Source of the DNA: a virus
Taxonomy: Duplodnaviria; Caudoviricetes
IMG/VR virus record: IMGVR_UViG_3300010362_000050
Coordinates: 1 to 39,269 of that record
Direction: 5' to 3' (one strand)
Length of the DNA: 39,269 bases
A program made the position numbers and the translations under genes. Below are positions 16,557-26,527 of this stretch, piece after piece (position 1 is the first letter of the stretch; each line of letters opens with the position of its first letter). Below the pieces are notes generated by a model, which did no database searches, was not told the DNA's origin, and saw only the letters and a list, made by a program, of their open reading frames with translations.

Positions 16557-19500
16557 CTACTTCGCCACTCCATAGAGGCGGATCGTGCCCGTCTGATTCA
16601 CCGTGGTGAAGCCGTCGGACGTCGCCCAGAACCGCAGGGCGTTCATCGCGGACGCGTTGGTCCAGACGATCGAGATGCGCGCCTGGACGAACGGGGTTCC
16701 GGTCACTGACGAGCGGTACGTCGCGAGCACATCGAGCACCTTGTAGTGGACCGTGTCGAGCGGATCGTGAATCTTGAGCGAGCCTGTAAGGCCGAGCAGC
16801 GTCGTGCTTGAGATCTGCAGGGTGTTGATGCTCGCGCTGTTCGTGCCGCCGATCCCGGACCCATTCGCGCTCGTGCTGTACTCCGACATCTGCTGGAAGT
16901 TTGTTGTCGCCGCGGTGTCCCATGACGTCCCGCCGTTCGTCGACGGCTGGACGTTGATCGTCGCGTTCGCCGCCGGCACCAGGTTGTCCAGTTCAATCAG
17001 GTACTGGTCGAAGTCCGACTGGAAACTCGCGCCGGTCTGCCCGGTGGCATTCCGCGTCGTCAGGTCGATGGCCGCGGCCCCGCTGACCGTTCGCGTCTCC
17101 AGGAGGACGAGCCCGGCCGGCGGGCCGGTCGACCCGCCGCCGCCAGTCATTCCGCCCTCGCCGCCGTAGTCGACGAAGATGTTGTCACCGACGGCCGGCG
17201 CATCCACGAGCGTGAACGTCGTCGACGTCGTCTCGGTGTAGTGCGTGGTCTTCTTGAGCCGAAGCCCGTTCAGGAAGACGGCGAGCTGCGTGTAGGCCGC
17301 GGCCGTCGTGAAGACCTTGTTCGAGCCGTCGATCGCGCCGGTCGGGATCTCGTTCCGCGTCGGGGCGACGCCGCTGCCGGCGGGTCCGGTCGGCCCGGCT
17401 GGTCCGGTGGTATTCGCCGCGAGCAGCTGCCCGACCTGAAAGGTCGTCGCATTGACGCCGCCGAGCACATCGTGCGTCGCCGTGTCGTCGATGAAGACCT
17501 TTACCTCGAGGTAATCGCCGACCGCGAGATCGAGCTGCGTCGCGCACTGGATGATCGGCTGAATGACGTTCGAGCCCTTCGTCTCTGCGACCTTCGTCCC
17601 GTTCTTGGCGATGCGGACGACCTGGGCCGTCGACGTTCCGGAGAACGTCGCCATCGAGACTTGCGCAGTTACGACGTACTTGCCGGCCTTTCCAGTCGGG
17701 ATCGTCAGCCGGGTCGGATGCCCGGAGACATCGAACAGCGCGTCAGTGTCGTAGACAGTCGTGCTGAACGCGATCGCCGTCTCGGTGTTCGGCGTGACCG
17801 CCTGATTCGATGCGCGGTAGATCGACGCCCCGACGACCGAGCTGCCGGACGGCGCGCTCGAGACCTTGAGTCCGGCGGCGCTCTTCGAGAGCGACGACCC
17901 ATCGAGCTTGATGTTCAGGATGTCGGGATCGGCCTGGAGCCCATCGCCGGCGACGACGTCGAGCGACCCGCTGGCGAGCACGAGTCCGTTGCCGGCCGTG
18001 AACGACGTCCCGCCGCCGGCCGCGACCGCCGCGTCGACGTAGCCCTTCGTGGCCGCGTCATCGGCGGCGACCGGGTCGTCGACGTCGGTCAGCTTGTGGC
18101 CGCCCATCGACTCGTCCGCCCCGAACGGCACCGTGCCGTCCGAGCGGATGTCACCGCTCCCGGTCCCGCTGTGCGCATCGACGTACGCCTTCGTGGCGGC
18201 ATCCTGAGCGGTCGTGGGATCGGCGACGTTCGTCAGCTTGTGCCCGCCCATGGATTCATCCGCGGCGAAGGGCACGGAGCCGTCGCTCTGGATGTCCCCG
18301 GATCCAGGCGGGATCGCCGCAATCGCGGCGTCGACGTAGGCCTCGGTCGCGATGGGCTCCGTGGTGTCGAGCGCCAAGCCGACATCGGCGAGCGTGGCGA
18401 TCGTGGGCGCGCCAGAGACGGTGACGGCCAAGGGTGCCGCTGCCGTGACCGTCAGCGCATGCGGTGTGACGCCGCCCGTGCCCCCACCGCCGCCGCTCCC
18501 CCCGCCTCCCCCGCTGAAGCTGCCGCCACCGCTCGGCGCCTGGCCGTCGCCTTTCAAGAGCGCGCGATTGAGGAGATCGTCCAGCGTGAACTGCGTGCTC
18601 GAGGCCGTCACGGCCATGAGCTTCTTCAGTCTCGGGCCGAACTGGAGCTTGCTTTCACGGACAGATTGGATCCGAAGACTCATGTCGACGGCGGGTTGGG
18701 GCAGGTCGAAGGTGGCGATCCGGCCTTCGCGCGTCTTCGGATCGGTGGTCGTGTACTCCACGCTCGTCTGCGGCATGGAGAAGAGCGTGAGTTCGGCCCG
18801 CAGCCGATCGCGGAGCGCGGCCGTCCGCAGATCGGTTTCCTCGATCACCGTGTCGCGAATCCCGTCCCCGCCGAGCCGACCCGCGAGAAACACCTGGGCG
18901 GGTACGTCATCTTCCTGCACCCAGATGTTCACCGGGGACCCGATCGGCATGGCCGCGCGAATCGATCGATCGCCCGTCGACGGAATGCCGACGAGCAGCA
19001 GATGCATGATCGGCGGCAGCGCGCCTGGCGGGGTCTCTCCGCTCGGGAGCAGATCGGCGCCCGATCCGCGTTCGGAGTATTTGCTCGGGGGAAGCGTCGG
19101 CGTGGTGTCGTCGTAGCTCGTCGTCGTGTTGTCGGGGAGCGTCGTCAGCAGCGTGTAGACGTCTGGGTTGTTGGCCTGGGCGCGGTAGATCTTGCGTGCG
19201 ACCGGCTGAAACGAGACGGCATCACCGAGCGTGATGGCGGACCGCAGCGGGGATCGGAGACTGATCGTGCTGGTCGTCGACCCACCCCCTGCGATCGTGG
19301 CGGCGCTCGCGACCGTGTACGTGCCGGCCGAGCCGATCGCGATGACGTTCCCTGCCCCGATCGTGGCGTCGGCGCCGGACTTGGTGACCGAGAGGCTCGA
19401 CATGCCTTCCGCCACATCCGCAGCGACCTGGATATCGCCGCTGGGCACGTCCGCCGCATCGACGTTCGGCATCAGCGGGATATTCGTCAGCGTGATCGTC

Positions 19501-21911
19501 GCGCCGGTGGTGTTCTCGGGCGGGATGCGGACCGTCTGACCCTTGGTGTTCACGACGAGTCGATCTTCCTGGTCGAGGTTCTCTTCCGTCAGCGAGGCAT
19601 CGTTGAAGATGTCGATAAAGGTCGTCGGTCCGCCTTCCGGAATCGTGGCGATGCGGTACAAGCGCGTGTACAAGGCGGAATCCGCGCCGGCGCGTTTCGA
19701 CCGATAGATGCGAATGCCCAGCACCCGCGGATCCGCGAACGCCGCCCCCGTCGTCACCAGGCCGGAGATGTGGATGGCACTGCCGCCGGGATTCGGGACG
19801 CTCACGCCAATCAGCGATCGCTGAAAGCGGACCGTCTCACCCGTGGCTGTGTAGTGCACGATGTCGTACGCGTAGTCGCCGAAGTCCATGGCGCCGGCGC
19901 CGAGCTCCGGCGTGAACGTCGGCAGGCTGATGCTCGGCGCAATCTGGACGTCCCCATACGCATTCGTGGCCGCGCCGCTGAGCGCCGACTCGACGCCGAA
20001 CGCGTCGACGAAGGCGACCTTGTAGAAGACGTCATCGCGGATGGGGCCATTCGCGTGGCTGTCGTTCCGAGCGATCATGCCGCTGCCTGCAGGGCCCGCC
20101 GCACGATTCACGGCCTCGCTCTGCCGACGCGTTCCGGTGTAGGAGAAGATCTGGCCCTTGCTGATCGCTTCGCCGCCGCTGCTTTCGAAGGGCGACAGAT
20201 CGCTCACCTCGAGGACCGTGTTCCCCGCACGGCCCGCGACCGTCACGGTCGATCCAGCGCCACGGCCGTACGCCCGATTGCGAATGTCCGAGACGTTCAC
20301 CGTCACCGTGATCGGCGGTGTGAACTGCAGGCTCGCCGTCGTCGGGGTGATCGGATCGGGCGCCGTCGCCGCTTCCGTCGCGAAGTAGTGCAGCGTCTTG
20401 CCGTCGAGATACCAGTGCAACGGCGTCTCGGCCCCTTTGGCCAAGGCGTCGAACGCTTCGGTCATCGTCAGTGAGCCGTCAAGGGTGATCGTGATGGTGG
20501 CGAGATCGGTCTCGACGTCCGCCGTCGAGAAGTCGGCCGGCGCAAAGCGCGCCATGAGATCGAGCACGACGTCGTCCACCGGGGCGTCCGTCCAGGTGCC
20601 AAACGGCCGCCTCGCGTTGAGCAGCCAGGCCCAATCGGTGACCGTGACTTGATGCGCCGATTGTCCGGGTTTGCCGTCGAACGTTTCGGCGACGGTCAAC
20701 GCGACGCCGGCATAGACCTCGTCCGGATCGGTGAGGACGACGGACACCGGCTGCCCTGGCAGCGGGGCGTCAGGCCCCGCCGAGAAGGTCATCTGCCCAG
20801 GCGTTCCGAAAGGGCGATCGATCGCGGGCTCGGGCTGCCGACGGATGCGGCTCGACCAGGGCGAGCCCGGGGAGTCCGGATCATCGGGGTCCGGCGTCAC
20901 GGCGTCGTACGTGAATGGCGCGGACGGAAAGGCACCGACTCTCACATCGACGACGCCGGCTGAATGCGCGGGGCTCACGGCCGTATACGTCGAACTGTCG
21001 ACGAACGTCACGTCGGTCGCCGCGATCCCGTCGAAGGTGACATCGAGCCCGTCGGTGAATCCCGCGCCGTGAATCGTCACGGTCGTCCCACCGGCCATCG
21101 GCCCATGATCGGGATCGAGCCCATCGTCGGGGATCCCGGTCGCGTCGTAGGTGAACCCGCCCTCGAGCGTCCCGAAGCCCGCATCGGGGTTGGTCACCGT
21201 CACCGAAACAGGTCCGGCCAGGTGCGGCGGCGTCTCACACGTGATGGTCGTCGCGCTGGCGACGTCGACGCTGGATGCCGCGACGTTGTCGAAGTTGACG
21301 ATGGCCCCGCTCACGAACCGCAGGCCGGTGATCGTCACCGATGTGCCACCTACGTCAGGTCCGTGCGACGGCGCGACCGACGTGACCTCCGGTGGCAGGA
21401 TCTCGTCATAGTCGACTGTCACCGTGAACCCGCTCACCGTGAAGTCGATGCTCGTCCAATCCTGCGAGACACCGAGAATTGATCGGCTCTCGAGCGTCCA
21501 AGCGACGAGCGAGGAGAACAGGGCGGCACGATTCGTCCCGTCCAGGATCCCGCCCGTACCCGACCCGCCGGCCGAGAAGTGGACGGTGGGACTCGACTCT
21601 GACGCTTCGGCGAACGAACTGCCGTCGCCGACGACCGCGTGCGGATCGCTCGGACCGCTGATCGCGACGTCGGCGTCGAACTCCAGCATAACGTGCGTGA
21701 TCAGGATGAGCGGCGGGACCGTCCCGTCGTCAACGAGGGTCGCCGACGCGCGCTCCTCGATCTGCTCGCCGGTCGTCCGTGGCGTGACGCCGCTGATCGA
21801 CCCATCGAGCGCCGACGGCCAGTCCTCGAACAAGCCGCCGGTCGCCGCGACCGTGCTGTCGGCCGCGCTGAATGAGAAGCTCGACCCGCCGCTGAAGACC
21901 TTCGTCGGCAT
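16557..21911 (-). CDS. Large modular tail-tip/fibre protein (2x IPT/TIG, hub-like region, stalk repeats, C1q-like domain, gp10-like module, head domain)
   Basis: Directly follows tape measure; PxxGPxxGGTxVTIxG IPT motifs; DAATKxYVD repeats; TRLTIP..AGKY...LAVGDYLEV. Confidence 0.85.
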   Translation of the reverse strand: MPTKVFSGGSSFSFSAADSTVAATGGLFEDWPSALDGSISGVTPRTTGEQIEERASATLVDDGTVPPLILITHVMLEFDADVAISGPSDPHAVVGDGSSFAEASESSPTVHFSAGGSGTGGILDGTNRAALFSSLVAWTLESRSILGVSQDWTSIDFTVSGFTVTVDYDEILPPEVTSVAPSHGPDVGGTSVTITGLRFVSGAIVNFDNVAASSVDVASATTITCETPPHLAGPVSVTVTNPDAGFGTLEGGFTYDATGIPDDGLDPDHGPMAGGTTVTIHGAGFTDGLDVTFDGIAATDVTFVDSSTYTAVSPAHSAGVVDVRVGAFPSAPFTYDAVTPDPDDPDSPGSPWSSRIRRQPEPAIDRPFGTPGQMTFSAGPDAPLPGQPVSVVLTDPDEVYAGVALTVAETFDGKPGQSAHQVTVTDWAWLLNARRPFGTWTDAPVDDVVLDLMARFAPADFSTADVETDLATITITLDGSLTMTEAFDALAKGAETPLHWYLDGKTLHYFATEAATAPDPITPTTASLQFTPPITVTVNVSDIRNRAYGRGAGSTVTVAGRAGNTVLEVSDLSPFESSGGEAISKGQIFSYTGTRRQSEAVNRAAGPAGSGMIARNDSHANGPIRDDVFYKVAFVDAFGVESALSGAATNAYGDVQIAPSISLPTFTPELGAGAMDFGDYAYDIVHYTATGETVRFQRSLIGVSVPNPGGSAIHISGLVTTGAAFADPRVLGIRIYRSKRAGADSALYTRLYRIATIPEGGPTTFIDIFNDASLTEENLDQEDRLVVNTKGQTVRIPPENTTGATITLTNIPLMPNVDAADVPSGDIQVAADVAEGMSSLSVTKSGADATIGAGNVIAIGSAGTYTVASAATIAGGGSTTSTISLRSPLRSAITLGDAVSFQPVARKIYRAQANNPDVYTLLTTLPDNTTTSYDDTTPTLPPSKYSERGSGADLLPSGETPPGALPPIMHLLLVGIPSTGDRSIRAAMPIGSPVNIWVQEDDVPAQVFLAGRLGGDGIRDTVIEETDLRTAALRDRLRAELTLFSMPQTSVEYTTTDPKTREGRIATFDLPQPAVDMSLRIQSVRESKLQFGPRLKKLMAVTASSTQFTLDDLLNRALLKGDGQAPSGGGSFSGGGGGSGGGGGTGGVTPHALTVTAAAPLAVTVSGAPTIATLADVGLALDTTEPIATEAYVDAAIAAIPPGSGDIQSDGSVPFAADESMGGHKLTNVADPTTAQDAATKAYVDAHSGTGSGDIRSDGTVPFGADESMGGHKLTDVDDPVAADDAATKGYVDAAVAAGGGTSFTAGNGLVLASGSLDVVAGDGLQADPDILNIKLDGSSLSKSAAGLKVSSAPSGSSVVGASIYRASNQAVTPNTETAIAFSTTVYDTDALFDVSGHPTRLTIPTGKAGKYVVTAQVSMATFSGTSTAQVVRIAKNGTKVAETKGSNVIQPIIQCATQLDLAVGDYLEVKVFIDDTATHDVLGGVNATTFQVGQLLAANTTGPAGPTGPAGSGVAPTRNEIPTGAIDGSNKVFTTAAAYTQLAVFLNGLRLKKTTHYTETTSTTFTLVDAPAVGDNIFVDYGGEGGMTGGGGSTGPPAGLVLLETRTVSGAAAIDLTTRNATGQTGASFQSDFDQYLIELDNLVPAANATINVQPSTNGGTSWDTAATTNFQQMSEYSTSANGSGIGGTNSASINTLQISSTTLLGLTGSLKIHDPLDTVHYKVLDVLATYRSSVTGTPFVQARISIVWTNASAMNALRFWATSDGFTTVNQTGTIRLYGVAK
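18030..18302 (-). repeat. Two 43-aa fibre stalk repeats (144-nt period)
   Basis: SGDIQSDGSVPFAADESMGGHKLTNVADPTTAQDAATKAYVDA (18174-18302) and SGDIRSDGTVPFGADESMGGHKLTDVDDPVAADDAATKGYVDA (18030-18158). Confidence 0.9.
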
Positions 21912-21914
21912 CGG

Positions 21915-24353
21915 TCACCGCGTCGGCATCTGGCGCATCGGCCGCTGTCGGGCCATCAGGCCTTCGCTGACCGCGTCCGTGAGCTCCTGTTTCGACCGAC
22001 TATCCCAGACGCCGGAGACGTTGACATGAACCGGCTGCGAGGCTGGAGTCAGCGTCGGAAGGACCGCGGCCAGTGTGGCTTGGGCTGCAGCGCGTACGGC
22101 TTGTTCGATTTGGTACTGCTGCGCCGCGAACTCGAACCCGCCACGAATACCTGCGTACTGACGCACGAGTTGTTCTGGCGTCGTGGGCGTCGTATTGAGC
22201 AGGGCGCGCGCGCCTTCGATAGACGAGACATCGAACGATCCGCCCGTATGGAACCGGCGGTAGGCTTCTGCAGGCGTAATCAGCTCACCAGACAGCGTCC
22301 TGACAGTCTTTTCTTTGTCATCGAGTCCTTTGCCCCCAACAGCGAAGGTAGTTGAGGCCATGCTCTGTTTCTCGGAATCTACGATCGCGAGTTGCCGTTG
22401 GAGCGCTTGCGTCGTTTTATCAGCGTGGTCCCGGATTTTGTCTTGCGCATCGGCCCCGACGTTTCCACCGTGTTCGTGCGCCTGGGTCAATTCGCGGACC
22501 TTCTCGATCTGTGCCTGGATCGCCTCACGAGAGACGCCAAGGGTAGTCTCCAAACGAATGAGGGTTGCGATCGCATTGTCGACCTCCTCGCCGGAGGCCT
22601 TCGTCACCTCACGGGTAATAAGGGCGAGATCGATTCCGATGTCCTTAATCAGACCGTCGTACTTCGCCTTGATCAGAGCGATGCTGTGGTCCTTCTCTTC
22701 TTCGGTCTGTTTGTCAGTCGCGCGCACGATGGCGATCTCGTCATTCATCTGTTTGATGAGATGGTTTCTGGCCTGCTCATTGGCCGTCGCACCGACATCC
22801 TGCTGGTGCGCGAGGATGTCGTCCATCAATCGCGTTTGAAATTTGGCTGCTTGTTCGAAGGCCTTGTTACGCTCATCGAGATCGTGCAGTTCCTGTGCGT
22901 GGGCTTTCCGTTCAGCCTCGGCATCCTCCTGGCGCGCCTTCGTGATCAGCGCGAGCAAGCCTGGGGTGATACGGAATGCCTCCTGAATCGTCTTGTGTGC
23001 CACGCCCAGATCGAGGGCTGCGCCGATCGCGTCGCGCTCTTCCTTCGAGAGATTCGCGTACTGTTGCTGCGTGACATCGAGGGTCGCGTTGTAGCCGGCG
23101 ATCGTCGCCTGGAGCTCGGCCATCGCCTTCGATTCCGCGTCGATTTGAGCGGTGAGACTCGGCGGCAGAATGAATCCGGCTGGCGGCTTGATCGCGTTCA
23201 TCTGATCGGCAGCTTCGGCGGCGGCGTTCTTCACGAGCGCCATGTTGCGCGCCATGTCGATGAGACTACCGACGAAGGCGGGTGAGGCCGCGCGGACGGC
23301 ATTCTCGGCCTGGGTGACCAGATTCAGGCCCGTGGACGCATCCTCGGCTGCCTTGTTGATATCGCGCAAGGCCGCTTCGACGATCGGATCCTGCGTAATC
23401 TGCTTCCCGACGGCCTCCTTGATGTTGTCCCAGTTGTTCGCCAACTGTTGAACCTTCCCCGCGTACGTCTCGAGATCGGCTTGCGCCTGACCGCCGAACC
23501 GTTTCTCGATCTGCGAGAAGATGGCATTCGCGCCTTCCGTCGCGAGGCTGGCGTCGTCAATCGCAATGCCGTACCGCTTCAGTGCGCCGGTCTCACCTTC
23601 GAGCGCCTTGCCTACCAAGCGCGTCGCTGATTCGAGATCGATGCCCAGTCCGGACGCCAGATCGGTGGCCGCCTGAAGTGCATTTTTCATGTCTCCTGGG
23701 GCGACGTCTCCGATCTCGGTGAGCAGCGCCTCCATTTGATTGATCAGATCGTCGCTGAACTTGGTGGTGTTCTGGAACGACGTCGCGAGATCGTTGTACT
23801 GCTGGATCACCTCCGGCACCGCGTTACCCTGGGCCTGCAACGCGACGGTCATCTTCTTCGCGGCCGACTCGGCGTTCGCGTAACTGTCGACGGAGCTGCT
23901 GACGAAGTTCGCGAGGCTTCGGAACGCCGTCTCGACTCCGCCGATAATCGCCTGAGCGCTGACGAACCCTGCGGCCGTCGAGACGATCTGTTGGCTGAGG
24001 TCATCGAAGAAACCCGTCGTCGTTTTCGATGCGTCGGCGAGCTTCTGAATCTCCGGAGGAACATCGACGCCGAGCTTGCGCATCTTCTCGGCCGCTTCAG
24101 CCGCCGTGTTGCCCAGGCGCTGGAGTTCCTTCTCAGTCAGAACACTGACGCCTCCGAGGTTTTCGACGGCCGCGGCGGCGAGTGTCGCTTCCTGGACGAT
24201 CTTGCGGCCAGTCAGCGAGTCGGCGACCCGGTTCATCTGCCGCTCAACCTTGGCGCCGCCCTGCTCGAACGACGTCAGTTTGAGATTGGCCTCGTTGACG
24301 GCCTTGACGAACCCCCCGAAATCGCCTTCGAAGACTCCTGTGATCGGCGGCAT
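21915..24353 (-). CDS. Tail tape measure protein
   Basis: 812 aa, Ala-rich helical; ATDLASGLGIDLESA, LKRYGI, FGGQAQA, NNWDNIKE; follows the chaperone genes. Confidence 0.9.
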   Translation of the reverse strand: MPPITGVFEGDFGGFVKAVNEANLKLTSFEQGGAKVERQMNRVADSLTGRKIVQEATLAAAAVENLGGVSVLTEKELQRLGNTAAEAAEKMRKLGVDVPPEIQKLADASKTTTGFFDDLSQQIVSTAAGFVSAQAIIGGVETAFRSLANFVSSSVDSYANAESAAKKMTVALQAQGNAVPEVIQQYNDLATSFQNTTKFSDDLINQMEALLTEIGDVAPGDMKNALQAATDLASGLGIDLESATRLVGKALEGETGALKRYGIAIDDASLATEGANAIFSQIEKRFGGQAQADLETYAGKVQQLANNWDNIKEAVGKQITQDPIVEAALRDINKAAEDASTGLNLVTQAENAVRAASPAFVGSLIDMARNMALVKNAAAEAADQMNAIKPPAGFILPPSLTAQIDAESKAMAELQATIAGYNATLDVTQQQYANLSKEERDAIGAALDLGVAHKTIQEAFRITPGLLALITKARQEDAEAERKAHAQELHDLDERNKAFEQAAKFQTRLMDDILAHQQDVGATANEQARNHLIKQMNDEIAIVRATDKQTEEEKDHSIALIKAKYDGLIKDIGIDLALITREVTKASGEEVDNAIATLIRLETTLGVSREAIQAQIEKVRELTQAHEHGGNVGADAQDKIRDHADKTTQALQRQLAIVDSEKQSMASTTFAVGGKGLDDKEKTVRTLSGELITPAEAYRRFHTGGSFDVSSIEGARALLNTTPTTPEQLVRQYAGIRGGFEFAAQQYQIEQAVRAAAQATLAAVLPTLTPASQPVHVNVSGVWDSRSKQELTDAVSEGLMARQRPMRQMPTR

Positions 24354-24356
24354 GGT

Positions 24357-24889
24357 CTATCCGTTGTCCAGGTTCTCTTGTTCTTCGATGAGCATCTCGA
24401 CCAGCACGGTCTTCACGTCGGGATCGAGTTCGACGACCCACTCGTAGCGCCAGTGGCAGCGGCGGGCGATGGCGAGATCGCTGGCAACGAATGCTCGCCA
24501 CCCTGGCCGTTTTTTTCCGCCGCTCGTTCCTTCGCCTGCTGGATCTGGTGTGCTTCAATGGCCGCGTGGATCTCCTGAAACGACAGCGGATCCAGCCCGT
24601 CCAGCACAACGGCGAGTTCATCTGCGCTGAGCCCAGCGATCGCGACCTTCTCCCCCTCGTCATCGATGACCGACCAATCGAGCAAGTAGGCGAGGATGGT
24701 GGAACGTTGCACGGCGAGCGGGTCCGTGTGCATGGTGCCGTCGGCGGACATGACGTACATCCGCGCGAACATCGCACGCTCCTCGCCGGCGGTGAGACGC
24801 CGGCGCACGACGAGCGTGTCCGGATGGTCCTGCCCCGGCGGCTTCGAAATAGTCAGCGTGCGCGTCTGGGGAGAGACGAAACGACTCAT
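24357..24889 (-). CDS. Tail assembly chaperone GT (programmed -1 frameshift product)
   Basis: A-AAA-AAC at 24515-24509 in the G frame; -1 frame reads RPGWRAFVASDLAIARRCHWRYEWV...LDNG to TAG at 24357. Confidence 0.8.
24413..24889 (-). CDS. Tail assembly chaperone G
   Basis: LLDWSVID...EKN followed by a low-complexity tail; position upstream of tape measure. Confidence 0.8.
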   Translation of the reverse strand: MSRFVSPQTRTLTISKPPGQDHPDTLVVRRRLTAGEERAMFARMYVMSADGTMHTDPLAVQRSTILAYLLDWSVIDDEGEKVAIAGLSADELAVVLDGLDPLSFQEIHAAIEAHQIQQAKERAAEKNGQGGEHSLPAISPSPAAATGATSGSSNSIPT

Positions 24890-24907
24890 GATTGGGACTG
24901 TCCTTTC

Positions 24908-25228
24908 CTACGGAACCGCAGGCCCCAGTTCGGCCTGAATCTCGCCGCGCTCGATATCGCAGCGACGCACCGGCCAACGCCACTCGCCTCGCTTGTGCGG
25001 CGCGACGAACATCAGGGGCTTCTGACGGGCCTTGAACGCGTCGACACTCACGACGGCGGCGCGCAGCGACCAGCGTTCTGGCGTGAGCGAGAGGCGCGTC
25101 AGCGTGTAGCGGCTCATCGTGGCCGCATCGAAGTAGCCCCAGGTCAGGCGCGCCAGCCGCCCGTCCTCCAGGGGCACACCGGCGATGGACGCCGCGATGG
25201 GCGTGAGAGTGGGGCCCTGGACGATCAC
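24908..25228 (-). CDS. Hypothetical tail-region protein
   Basis: 106 aa, between major tail and chaperone genes. Confidence 0.65.
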   Translation of the reverse strand: MIVQGPTLTPIAASIAGVPLEDGRLARLTWGYFDAATMSRYTLTRLSLTPERWSLRAAVVSVDAFKARQKPLMFVAPHKRGEWRWPVRRCDIERGEIQAELGPAVP

Positions 25229-25234
25229 GTCCGC

Positions 25235-25642
25235 CTACGCGACGTTCATCGACCAGTTGCCGGCCGCGTCCCACTTCCCTGTGCCGCGCACTTCGCCCTT
25301 CGCGTTCACGTTGATCGAGCCGTCGATGTTCGCCAGGCCTTCGAAGTTGAACGCGGATTCCAGGCGATTGGGGACCAGCCGCAAGAACGCCGGTAGCCCA
25401 CCGAGCACGACGCCGAAGAAGCGCGGGCTCGTCGCCGAGTTCCACAGGAACCCCAGCGTCCCTGAAAAGTCAGGCAGGCCTGTGACGCGCTGTTTGTTGA
25501 CGTCACCGAAGGCGGTTACCTCGGCCCGGTCGGTCGCCATGTCCAGCGTGAAGGCGTCCATGTCGCCGAGCGCGGTCGGCGTATAGGGGCTGCCGCCAGT
25601 TTCGTCCATCAGGATCTGGCCGTTCTTGCCGTGGATTCTCAT
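25235..25642 (-). CDS. Major tail (tube) protein
   Basis: HGKNG, EVTAFGD.NK..V.GLPDFSGT pattern; GAGGAG RBS. Confidence 0.8.
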   Translation of the reverse strand: MRIHGKNGQILMDETGGSPYTPTALGDMDAFTLDMATDRAEVTAFGDVNKQRVTGLPDFSGTLGFLWNSATSPRFFGVVLGGLPAFLRLVPNRLESAFNFEGLANIDGSINVNAKGEVRGTGKWDAAGNWSMNVA

Positions 25643-25664
25643 GTGCTCACTCCTCGCTGTGATC

Positions 25665-26111
25665 TCACGCGGTGGTCGGGGTCGCCATCAGCCGGTACTG
25701 GCCGCCGCGGCGTTCCCAGCGCACGTTGGGATCGATCTCGTCGACTTCGAGCGGCGGCCGCTCGGCCTGCTCGCGCTCGAGCAGCATGGTCCCGTAGCCG
25801 TCAATGGTCAGCGTCGCCGGCGGATCGGGCGGTTGCGGATCCAGGAGTTGATCGATCCGCTGGGCGCCCGCCACGACGTCCCCGCCCGCGCCTTGGAGCA
25901 TCACGGCCGTTACCGACACGAGCCAGTCTTCGAAGCCGCGGGCCCCGAAGATCGGGACGTCGTTCTCGTCCAGCACGACGACCAGGACGAACCGGCGCAT
26001 GCCCGGCGTCGCCTCGCCTTCGAAGACGCCGTCCGGGCACAGGTCCGTCAGCGCCGCGTCGGCCTGCAGGAAGGCGATCAGCGCGTTGACGGCGGCGGCG
26101 GAGTCCACCAT
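25665..26111 (-). CDS. Tail terminator/completion protein
   Basis: ALIAFLQADAALTDL..DGVF; position before major tail gene. Confidence 0.7.
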   Translation of the reverse strand: MVDSAAAVNALIAFLQADAALTDLCPDGVFEGEATPGMRRFVLVVVLDENDVPIFGARGFEDWLVSVTAVMLQGAGGDVVAGAQRIDQLLDPQPPDPPATLTIDGYGTMLLEREQAERPPLEVDEIDPNVRWERRGGQYRLMATPTTA

Positions 26112-26527
26112 CAGGCGGCTCTCCCGATGACCGTCAGACCGTGCCGTTCGAGCATCTCGCTCAGGTCCTGCAGCATCTCGCGGCGTGATCGAGACGCGAT
26201 CGGGATGAACGTCGGCTGCGCCGGCATCCGGCCGCGATTTGCACCAAGAGCGGTGTGTCGCGCCTGGCTGCCGTTCTCGTACAGCCACGCGATCGGGTCG
26301 CGGGACTTGATGATCACGCTGATGCCAAACGGGGAATGCTCTTCCTCCGATGTGACGCGCCGTTTCAAGGTGCCGTGTGGCCCTTCGTGATAAGCCTCGA
26401 TGATGGCTGCCTTCGCCTGATAGGCTCTCCGCCGCACGATCTCGGTCGCGTCATCGCGCAAATCGGTGGGGAGATTCCGCAAGGCGGTTTTGAACTCATC
26501 GAGGCCGCGGAACCTGAAGCGCATCAC
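26111..26527 (-). CDS. HK97 gp10-like neck/tail component
   Basis: GLDEFKTALRNL, GTLKR, AWLYENGS, MPAQPTFIP. Confidence 0.75.
   Translation of the reverse strand: MMRFRFRGLDEFKTALRNLPTDLRDDATEIVRRRAYQAKAAIIEAYHEGPHGTLKRRVTSEEEHSPFGISVIIKSRDPIAWLYENGSQARHTALGANRGRMPAQPTFIPIASRSRREMLQDLSEMLERHGLTVIGRAA

Noticed and set aside
17241-20474. 1077-aa + strand ORF and other long antisense ORFs (e.g. 11497..12948, 30388..31731)
   Set aside because: Arg/Gly-rich shadow frames opposite well-supported genes; expected in high-GC DNA and no motifs.
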